Assembly: GCA_031426295.1 (NCBI GenBank)
Contig: JANPKZ010000012.1
Coordinates: 6,099-70,098 of the forward strand
Origin: Saprospiraceae bacterium
Lineage (GTDB): Bacteria > Bacteroidota > Bacteroidia > Chitinophagales > Saprospiraceae
Reading direction: 5' to 3'
Length of the DNA stretch: 64,000 nt
Below, piece by piece: positions 30,048 through 37,567 of the stretch. Numbering within the stretch: the first letter of the stretch is position 1; each line of letters opens with the position of its first letter. The notes beneath the pieces are model-generated. The model searched no databases. It was not told the DNA's origin and saw nothing but the letters and a program-made list of their open reading frames with translations. The position numbers were made by a program, and so were the translations under genes.

Positions 30048-30202
30048 GACAAGATTTAAGATTTCTTTAAGACGACAAATTAAAAATGAAATAACTATTC
30101 AAGGTATGTTGTGTTCCTAACCTTTCCGGTGTGGCTGATTTTAACTCCTCTTGAAAGACCGATTGCTGCTTTACCCATCTCCTACAGGTCAGGCAAGATC
30201 GC

Positions 30203-31297
30203 ATGATCGATGTATTTTTAGGTGTCCAATCATTTGTTATGATCCTACCCACAATATTAAGAACACTCATTACAGTAATTACCGTATCATTTCTTTTTCT
30301 GGCCTGTAAAGGCAAGAAAGAAGAGATGAAAGGCCTGGCAACACCGGCCGCGGCGGCACCCCTGGTCGTGGAGGCGATGATTGCAACACCTACCTCCCTC
30401 AGCGCAAACATTGAAATCCCGGGAACGATACTTGCGAGCGAGTCAACAGAGATCCATCCCGAAATTGCCGGACGCATTACACAACTCAATGTGAATGAAG
30501 GCAGAAACGTGAATAAGGGTTCTTTACTGGTCAAATTGTTTGATGGGGATCTGCAGGCGCAAATGCGTAAACTCAGGGTGCAGCTTCAGATAGCCGAACA
30601 GACAGAAAAGCGCCAGGCAGAACTCCTCAAAATACAAGGCATCAGTCAACAGGAATACGATCTAAGTTTACTGCAGGTGAATAATCTCAATGCCGATATG
30701 GACATTGTGCGTCAGGCGATAATCAAGACAGAAATTCGTGCGCCATTCAGTGGACGATTAGGTTTGCGCAACGTCAGTCCGGGTGCATATATAACCCCGA
30801 CAACGATAGTAACCACCATCAGCCAGATTAATAATTTAAAGATCCAGTTTAATATACCTGAACGGTATAGTCCACAGATTAAAAATGGATTGTCAGTAGA
30901 TTTTTCAGTCGACGGCAGTACAAAAACATACAAAGCAAAAGTATTAGCAACCGAAGTTCATATAGAGGAAAACACCCGAAGCCTTGCAGTGCGTGCTTTA
31001 ATACAAAATCCGGATGCATCACTGACGCCGGGAGCTTTTGCGAAAGTAAAAATACAATTAGGTCAAAACGAAAATGCATTGCTGATTCCCAACAACGCGA
31101 TCATACCTGTGGGAAGGAAGAAACAAATATTTCTATACCATGGAGGAAAAGCTGCACCTGTAGATATTGTGACGGGTGTAAGAGATAGTACGAATATCCA
31201 GGTGCTGGAAGGAATTAAAGCGGGGGATACCGTGATTACCTCGGCGATATTGTTTTTGAGGCCGGCGAGTCCGGTGACGATTGGGAAATTGAATTAA
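30203..31297 (+). CDS. RND efflux periplasmic adaptor (membrane fusion protein)
   Basis: 364 aa. Lipoprotein signal FLACKG, coiled-coil hairpin, and RAPFSGRLG motif. The start could instead be the internal MILPT. Confidence 0.85.
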   Translation: MIDVFLGVQSFVMILPTILRTLITVITVSFLFLACKGKKEEMKGLATPAAAAPLVVEAMIATPTSLSANIEIPGTILASESTEIHPEIAGRITQLNVNEGRNVNKGSLLVKLFDGDLQAQMRKLRVQLQIAEQTEKRQAELLKIQGISQQEYDLSLLQVNNLNADMDIVRQAIIKTEIRAPFSGRLGLRNVSPGAYITPTTIVTTISQINNLKIQFNIPERYSPQIKNGLSVDFSVDGSTKTYKAKVLATEVHIEENTRSLAVRALIQNPDASLTPGAFAKVKIQLGQNENALLIPNNAIIPVGRKKQIFLYHGGKAAPVDIVTGVRDSTNIQVLEGIKAGDTVITSAILFLRPASPVTIGKLN

Positions 31298-31325
31298 CGT
31301 GAGTCGTGAATCGTGAGTGGTGAAG
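31298..31325. repeat. Left inverted-repeat arm made of four heptamers
   Basis: CGTGAGT CGTGAAT CGTGAGT GGTGAAG. Confidence 0.8.
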
Positions 31326-31439
31326 AAAGAATGTTAAATAAAAGGTTTTTTTTCAAAAAAGTTTGAAAAACAGTCACACAATGGGTGTCTAAATACACTA
31401 AGGATGATAGTTATTATTTCATCCTTAATTCCTGCATCC

Positions 31440-31793
31440 ATGTTTTTGCAATTATCACATTCGAACCTTGACGTATATAAAGCCTCCAGACAATTGGTTT
31501 TAGAGTGCTATAAACTCACAAAGAAATTGCCTGAACACGAGAAATACGGCCTTACAAGACAAATACGAAGAGCAGCAACTTCGGTGACTTTAAATATTGC
31601 GGAAGGGTGTTCACGAAGATCAGAATTAGAACGAAATCGATTCTTTGAAATAGCGAGAGGGTCAGTAATTGAAATCGATTCTGCTTTTGATCTGGTATCT
31701 GATCAGGATTACTGTAGAAAAGATGAAATGCAAAGTGCTGGCGATTTGATTTTGCGTTCGTTCCAAATGCTTAGCAAAATGATTAAATACTGA
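31440..31793 (+). CDS. Four-helix-bundle protein (23S rRNA intervening-sequence protein / Avd family)
   Basis: LDVYKAS...LTKKLPEHEKYGLTRQIRRAATSVTLNIAEGCSR...FFEIARGSVIE is the family signature. Start taken at M13 of the listed ORF. Confidence 0.8.
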   Translation: MFLQLSHSNLDVYKASRQLVLECYKLTKKLPEHEKYGLTRQIRRAATSVTLNIAEGCSRRSELERNRFFEIARGSVIEIDSAFDLVSDQDYCRKDEMQSAGDLILRSFQMLSKMIKY

Positions 31794-31812
31794 TGAAAAT
31801 TTGCGCTCCTAT

Positions 31813-31840
31813 ATTCACGATTCACGATTCACAACTCACG
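31813..31840. repeat. Right inverted-repeat arm made of four heptamers
   Basis: ATTCACG ATTCACG ATTCACA ACTCACG. Its reverse complement is CGTGAGT TGTGAAT CGTGAAT CGTGAAT. Confidence 0.8.
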
Positions 31841-31890
31841 AAAAGATCTATTGATGTTGTAAATCCGTGCAGTCAGCTCAAACCATGTAA

Positions 31891-34800
31891 ATGAATTTAT
31901 CCGAATTAAGCCTCAGGCGCCCCGTCCTTGCCGTCGTCTGTTCCATCATCATCATCATCTTTGGTGGGATTGGCTTCAAGTACTTAAGTGTACGTGAATA
32001 TCCGGCGATTGATCCTGCCGTAATCAATGTCAGCACATCGTATGTGGGTGCAAATGCGGATATCGTGGAACAACAGATCACGGAGCCACTGGAGAAAGCC
32101 GTAAATGGCGTGCAGGGTGTAGTAAATATCACCAGCACAAGTGCACAGGGGAGTAGTAATATTACTGTAGAGTTTGAGTTGGGCGTGGACCTGGATATTG
32201 CGGCTAATGATGTAAGAGATAAAGTATCACAGGTTACAGGAAATCTGCCACAGGATATTGACGCACCACCGACGGTGAATAAATCTGATTCAGATTCAGA
32301 TCCGATCATGTTCCTGCAGATACAAAGCCAGACGAAAACGATCCTGGAGCTTACAGACTATGCAGAGAATGTCGTGCAGGAGAGGTTGCAGACCGTGCCG
32401 GGGGTAAGTGGAGTGAATGTGTTCGGTAGCAAATATGCAATGCGCATGTGGATCGATCCGTCAAAGCTTGTGGCCTATCAACTCACGATCGATGATATCC
32501 GCATGGCCCTGGACCGCGAAAACGTTGAGTTGCCAGGTGGAAAAATCCGCGGCAATGAAACACAGCTGATCATCAACACTTTTGGAAAGCTTACCACAGA
32601 AGATGACTTTAGCAACCTGATATTGCGCGAAGGCGAAAATGGTGTTGTGCGTTTTAAAGACGTAGGCCGTGCAGAGCTCGGTCCCGAAAATGAAGAAACA
32701 CTTTCCCGGAAAAATAATATCCCCTCAGTCAACATGGGGATCGTTGCCCAGCCTGGCAGCAACCAGATTGAAATCGTCGATGAGATCTATAAACGGATTG
32801 ATGATATCAAAAAAGATATGCCGGCCGATATTGTGCTGGAGGTGGGGTATGATCGCACCACTTTTGTTCGTAACGCTATTCATGAAGTAAAAGATACCCT
32901 GCTGATTGCGATTGGTCTTGTGGTCATAATCATCTTTTTGTTTTTCCGAGAATTTTCAATTGCCTTACGACCGCTGATTGATATTCCTGTGTCGCTCATT
33001 GGTGCATTCTTCATCATGTACATCATGGGTTTTTCAATCAATGTGCTGACACTCCTTGCGATTGTATTAGCTACAGGCCTTGTGGTCGATGATGGTATTG
33101 TCGTGACGGAAAATATTTATAAAAAGATGGAGCAGGGGATGAATAAATACCAGGCTGCGCTGATCGGTTCAAAAGAAATTTATTTTGCTGTTATTGCCAC
33201 ATCGATAACGCTTGCGATTGTTTTCCTACCGATTATTTTCCTTGAGGGATTTGTTGGAAAATTGTTTCGTGAATTTGGAATTGTGCTGGCCGGTGCGGTA
33301 TTGATCTCTGCATTTGTTTCATTGACACTGACACCTGTGTTGAATATTTACCTGACACGCAAAGGGGGGCACAAGCATTCCAAATTTTATACCTGGACAG
33401 AACCATTTTTTGTCGGGCTTGAAAATTTTTATAAAACAACGCTGCAGGGTTTTATGCGGATGCGCTGGATCGCATTTGCACTTGTCATCGTATGCGCAGG
33501 TATCATCTTTGTCATTGGTAAAAGAATTCCTTCTGAATTAGCTCCTATGGAGGATCGGAATCGGGTACGAGTGATGATCACTGGACCAGAGGGAGCAGAT
33601 TTTGATTTTACTGACAGGATCACTAAAGGAATTACACAGGAACTCTTAGACTCGGTTCCGGAACATTTTGTTGTCCTTTCTTTTGCACCTGGTTTCGGGG
33701 GTGGACGAGGTACAAATAATGCGATGATCAGCATGGGTCTCCAGGAACCGGATGAGCGCATCAGATCACAGGATGAAATTGCTCAGCAAATGAGCGGAAT
33801 GTTTAAAAAATATAATGCTGTGCGTGCATTCGCGATGCAGGAGCAAACGATATCAGTGGGACTTGGTGGACGTGGTGCGTTTCCTGTTCAGTTCGTTCTG
33901 CAAAACCTCAACTTTGATAAGCTGAAAGAAAAGGTGCCGCAGTTTATGGAAGAGGTCCGGAAGAGCGAGGTCTTCCAGGGATTTGATGTAAACCTGAAAT
34001 TTAATCAACCTGAACTGCAGATTAGGATCGATCGATTGCGAGCCAATGAGCTTGGCGTATCTGTACTTGATGTAAATAATACACTGCAGCTTGCACTCAG
34101 CGGCCGGCGATTTGGATATTTTATCATGAATGGTAAACAGTACCAGGTAATCGGCCAGGTGGATCGCATAGACCGTGATGACCCACTGGACCTGAAAGGA
34201 TTTTTTGTGCGCAATAATCGCGGCGAACTGATTCAGCTTGATAACCTTGTCAACATGGTGGAGATCGCCAATCCGCCGATGATCTATCACTATAACCGAT
34301 TCAAGAGCGCCACTGTTTCTGCTGGTCTTGCACCTGGCAAAACGATTGGAGATGGAATTGCAGAAATGGAACGGATTTCAGAGCAGGTGTTAGATGAAAC
34401 ATTTGATACCGCATTATCCGGTGCATCACGGGATTTTGCCGAAAGTTCTTCGAATACATCATTTGCATTCTTCCTTGCATTGATCCTGATCTTCCTTGTA
34501 TTGGCAGCACAGTTTGAAAGTTTTGTGGATCCGATCATTATCATGATCACAGTGCCCCTTGCGTTGGCAGGTGCTGTCCTTAGTATGTGGATGTTTGATC
34601 AGACATTGAATATATTTTCACAGATCGGTATCATCATGCTGATTGGATTAGTGACAAAGAACGGCATCCTGATAGTGGAATTTGCCAATCAAAAAAGAAA
34701 ACAGGGTGAACAAAAAGTCGCTGCTGCAGTGGATGCTGCGGTTGCACGTTTGCGACCCATCCTGATGACAACTCTTGCTACCACATTGGGTGCGTTACCG

Positions 34801-35001
34801 ATTGCTCTTGCCATTGGTTCTGCCGGCACCAGCCGTGTTCCATTAGGTATTGTTATTGTCGGAGGAATGCTATTCGCACTAGTGCTCACGTTGTATGTGG
34901 TGCCTGCACTTTATACATTCCTGTCGACGAAAAAGAAAGTCAGTTATTATGATTCAGATGAGGCAAAAACAAAACCTGATGTTGATGAAGTGCATGTCTA
35001 A
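31891..35001 (+). CDS. RND efflux transporter permease (AcrB/HAE1-type)
   Basis: 1036 aa with 12-TM RND architecture and typical N-terminus LSELSLRRPVLA. Confidence 0.92.
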   Translation: MNLSELSLRRPVLAVVCSIIIIIFGGIGFKYLSVREYPAIDPAVINVSTSYVGANADIVEQQITEPLEKAVNGVQGVVNITSTSAQGSSNITVEFELGVDLDIAANDVRDKVSQVTGNLPQDIDAPPTVNKSDSDSDPIMFLQIQSQTKTILELTDYAENVVQERLQTVPGVSGVNVFGSKYAMRMWIDPSKLVAYQLTIDDIRMALDRENVELPGGKIRGNETQLIINTFGKLTTEDDFSNLILREGENGVVRFKDVGRAELGPENEETLSRKNNIPSVNMGIVAQPGSNQIEIVDEIYKRIDDIKKDMPADIVLEVGYDRTTFVRNAIHEVKDTLLIAIGLVVIIIFLFFREFSIALRPLIDIPVSLIGAFFIMYIMGFSINVLTLLAIVLATGLVVDDGIVVTENIYKKMEQGMNKYQAALIGSKEIYFAVIATSITLAIVFLPIIFLEGFVGKLFREFGIVLAGAVLISAFVSLTLTPVLNIYLTRKGGHKHSKFYTWTEPFFVGLENFYKTTLQGFMRMRWIAFALVIVCAGIIFVIGKRIPSELAPMEDRNRVRVMITGPEGADFDFTDRITKGITQELLDSVPEHFVVLSFAPGFGGGRGTNNAMISMGLQEPDERIRSQDEIAQQMSGMFKKYNAVRAFAMQEQTISVGLGGRGAFPVQFVLQNLNFDKLKEKVPQFMEEVRKSEVFQGFDVNLKFNQPELQIRIDRLRANELGVSVLDVNNTLQLALSGRRFGYFIMNGKQYQVIGQVDRIDRDDPLDLKGFFVRNNRGELIQLDNLVNMVEIANPPMIYHYNRFKSATVSAGLAPGKTIGDGIAEMERISEQVLDETFDTALSGASRDFAESSSNTSFAFFLALILIFLVLAAQFESFVDPIIIMITVPLALAGAVLSMWMFDQTLNIFSQIGIIMLIGLVTKNGILIVEFANQKRKQGEQKVAAAVDAAVARLRPILMTTLATTLGALPIALAIGSAGTSRVPLGIVIVGGMLFALVLTLYVVPALYTFLSTKKKVSYYDSDEAKTKPDVDEVHV

Positions 35002-36334
35002 TCTAAAGTTTTTAGTTCTTATCCTTGTCGGATTGGGTTGTTACCACACTTCCTCAGCCCAGACTTTGCTGACACTTGAAGAAGCGATTGCAACAGCATT
35101 ACAATACAATTATGATATCAGGATTGCAAGAAATGATTCTGCAGTTGCTGCTCTTGATTATGAATACCGGAATGCAGTCTTTCTTCCCAGGATCAATGGG
35201 GCTGTGGGTACAACGTGGACGAATAACAACCAGCGTCAGGAATTTTCAACTGGACAAGTCCGCGAAGGTAATGTTGCCACGAATAATGTAAATGCATCTC
35301 TCAATTTAAACTGGACACTCTTTGATGGCATGCGCATGTTTGCCACACGTGATAAAGCTGAAGAATTTATCAGGCTGGGTGAATTACAAATCAAAAACCA
35401 GGTCATCAATACGGTTGCGGATGTCGTGAATACGTATTACAATATCGTGCGTCAGAAACAACAATTGCGTGCTGTTGAAGAACAGATGAGCATCAGCCAG
35501 ACACGCGTGGATCTTTCACAGCGAAAACTGGATATCGGCGTTGGTGCAAAACCCGAAGTGTTGCAGGGACAGGTCGACCTCAACGCGCAGAAAGCGGCAC
35601 AATTAGTGCAACTCACGTTAATACGCCAGCTGAAAGAAGTCCTCAACCATTTATTATTTCCGAGTCTTCCGGGCTTTGAACGTCCCATAGCGGTGGAATA
35701 CGATGTCGTTGATTCCATTCCCATAAATCCGATGATCACGCTTGATGAGATCCGGTTAAGCTTTGAAGCAAATAATCCTTTGCTGGAAATTGCGAAGAAA
35801 AATATTGACATCGCTCAGCTTACACTCAAGGAATATAAAGCGGATCGCTTTCCAACCATCGACTTTAATTCCGCATATAATTTCGGTCGCAACAGCAACA
35901 ATGTGGCACTGAATCCGGCATTGCCTAATCTGAATCGCAACAGTGGCTTTGTATATGGTTTCAGTGCAGCGATACCGATCTTAAACTATCGCAATACACA
36001 TCGATTGATCAGACAGGCCGAATTGAATATCGGCTTTCAGCAAATGATGTATGAAAATCAGCGCGCGCTGATCAACCTGGATGTGATCAATGCTTTCAAC
36101 GAATATGAGCTTCAAAAACAGGCATTAGCTCTTGAAGAAGAGAATATTAATCTTGCCCGCGAAAATGTTGATATCATATTGCAGACATACCGCCTGGGAG
36201 GATCTACGTATATCCAGTTACGTGAAGCGCAGAAAAGTCTTGAGGATGCATATAACCGGTTGATTGCGGCGAGGTATAATACCAAGCTGGCGGAGACGGA
36301 ATTGCTGAGGTTGAAAGGGGGGTTGGTTTATTAA
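34994..36334 (+). CDS. TolC-family outer membrane efflux protein
   Basis: Start chosen at MSNLKFLV..., which has a signal peptide and overlaps the RND stop by 8 nt. Two-repeat TolC-like helical/beta pattern. Confidence 0.85.
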   Translation: MSNLKFLVLILVGLGCYHTSSAQTLLTLEEAIATALQYNYDIRIARNDSAVAALDYEYRNAVFLPRINGAVGTTWTNNNQRQEFSTGQVREGNVATNNVNASLNLNWTLFDGMRMFATRDKAEEFIRLGELQIKNQVINTVADVVNTYYNIVRQKQQLRAVEEQMSISQTRVDLSQRKLDIGVGAKPEVLQGQVDLNAQKAAQLVQLTLIRQLKEVLNHLLFPSLPGFERPIAVEYDVVDSIPINPMITLDEIRLSFEANNPLLEIAKKNIDIAQLTLKEYKADRFPTIDFNSAYNFGRNSNNVALNPALPNLNRNSGFVYGFSAAIPILNYRNTHRLIRQAELNIGFQQMMYENQRALINLDVINAFNEYELQKQALALEEENINLARENVDIILQTYRLGGSTYIQLREAQKSLEDAYNRLIAARYNTKLAETELLRLKGGLVY

Positions 36335-36400
36335 ACTAAAAGTTAAAAGCTAAGAACTAAAAGTTGGAAATTGGGATATTAGAAATTGGAAATTATTGGA
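36335..36400. repeat. Heptamer-periodic low-complexity tract
   Basis: ACTAAAA GTTAAAA GCTAAGA ACTAAAA GTTGGAA ATTGGGA TATTAGA AATTGGA AATTATT, starting directly after the TolC stop. Confidence 0.6.
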
Positions 36401-36557
36401 TAGGGTTAACGGGTACATGTTTTGTAAAGGACTTTTATAAAGGATAAAGGCACAATTGAGACTTTTGTCCCAGCCGGAAATTTCAATATTCCGCCAATGC
36501 CACCGGCTATCAAATAGAGATTACAGAACCTCAATTGGGGGAAATTAAAAAAGTATT

Positions 36558-37130
36558 TCAACCTGCTTGATAATCTTTCATGCGGTTGTGTGCTTCGATT
36601 GTCCAGAGTAATTCACCGAGATAAGCTTTTGCGCGTTTATCGGTGCCAGCTGCATCTGTAGGCTGTCCATCCTCAGTGAAAGCATCCTGAACTTTTGGAA
36701 CAGGAAACATGGCGGTAACTACCCATGCGCGAATTTTCCACAAAGACCATTGAAGTGAAGTGATGACTTGCGTCCCACCAAAAACGCCATCGGAAGCTGT
36801 CGAAATAGCGATGGGTTTGCGTTGCCATTCATCGTACAGCAGGTCGATTACATTCTTGATACTGGGTGGATATCCGCCATTGTATTCTGGTGTGACGATG
36901 ATCACACCATCTGCTTTTTTAATTCTGTCAGCGAAATCTAAAACATTTGCAGCTGGCTCTGACTGGAACCTGAGGCGCTCACTGAAGAGCGGAAAGTTAT
37001 ATTCTTTTAAATCCAGGATCTCAGCTGTTGCAAGATTTTGTTCCTGAAGATAATTTTGGAAATAGAGTGCAATCCTGTGACTCTTGCGACCTGTGCGGAC
37101 ACTTGCGGAGATGATGGCGATATGCGGCAT
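36558..37130 (-). CDS. NADPH-dependent FMN reductase family protein
   Basis: 190 aa. IAIISASVRTGRKS N-terminus and VTPEYNGGYP motif. Confidence 0.8.
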   Translation of the reverse strand: MPHIAIISASVRTGRKSHRIALYFQNYLQEQNLATAEILDLKEYNFPLFSERLRFQSEPAANVLDFADRIKKADGVIIVTPEYNGGYPPSIKNVIDLLYDEWQRKPIAISTASDGVFGGTQVITSLQWSLWKIRAWVVTAMFPVPKVQDAFTEDGQPTDAAGTDKRAKAYLGELLWTIEAHNRMKDYQAG

Positions 37131-37136
37131 AACGAA

Positions 37137-37240
37137 TTTAGATTTTGGGTTGTTGATTTTTGATTATCAATTTTAGGGTTTGGATATTGAGGTGAAGCCT
37201 CAAGACTAAATGAGTTGTAAGCTAAGGCTAAAGTTATGAT
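37137..37240. repeat. Heptamer-periodic low-complexity tract
   Basis: TTTAGAT TTTGGGT TGTTGAT TTTTGAT TATCAAT TTTAGGG TTTGGAT ATTGAGG TGAAGCC TCAAGAC TAAATGA GTTGTAA GCTAAGG CTAAAGT, directly upstream of the FMN reductase start. Confidence 0.6.
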
Positions 37241-37312
37241 GGTGCAGAATTACTTTTTATATCTATAAGGATAATGTGCCGTTGAAATATTAAATTAGAA
37301 ACGTAAATAAAA

Positions 37313-37527
37313 ATGAAAAAACACAATCAATTGGTTACACTACAAAAACTTTGAAGACCTGTCGAAAGGGACATCAATATTTTAAAAGTTCGGATTGTCC
37401 AACCTGTCCGGATTGTGAAGCAGAGAGAAAGCCCACAGATGGATTTTTGTCGTTATTAGCTGCACCGGGAAATCAGAAAATACATGTGCTGAATTTAGAG
37501 CAAAGCAGAGTTCAAATCTTTATGTAA
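37313..37527 (+). pseudogene. Possible frameshifted or truncated small zinc-ribbon ORF
   Basis: ATG at 37313 gives MKKHNQLVTLQKL-stop. A shifted frame continues TKTLKTCRKGHQYFKSSDCPTCPDCEAERKPTDGFLSLLAAP... to the stop at 37525-37527. Too short for the ORF track. Confidence 0.3.
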
Positions 37528-37567
37528 ATTTCGCTGCCCCAAATCATTCAAATCAAAAAAACGAACT

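Larger units (their letters stand above)
31298..31840 (+). mobile_element. IVS-like cassette: four-helix-bundle gene bounded by 28-nt imperfect inverted repeats
   Basis: The arms at 31298-31325 and 31813-31840 are complementary at 24 of 28 positions. The left arm begins directly after the MFP stop codon. Confidence 0.4.

Noticed and set aside
30067-30534. 155-aa minus-strand ORF overlapping the start of the RND adaptor gene
   Set aside because: It is antisense to the adaptor lipoprotein signal and coiled-coil region and has no recognisable domain. I treat it as a shadow ORF.
31298-31840. Diversity-generating retroelement, because the four-helix-bundle protein belongs to the Avd family
   Set aside because: There is no reverse transcriptase gene anywhere in the window. 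I saw no template/variable repeat pair with adenine-specific differences.
37131-37567. Cobalamin or TPP riboswitch upstream of the TonB-dependent receptor
   Set aside because: I found none of the conserved cores, neither a B12 box nor a CUGAGA/ACCUGA TPP element. The spacer is instead occupied by the heptamer tract and the small zinc-ribbon ORF remnant.
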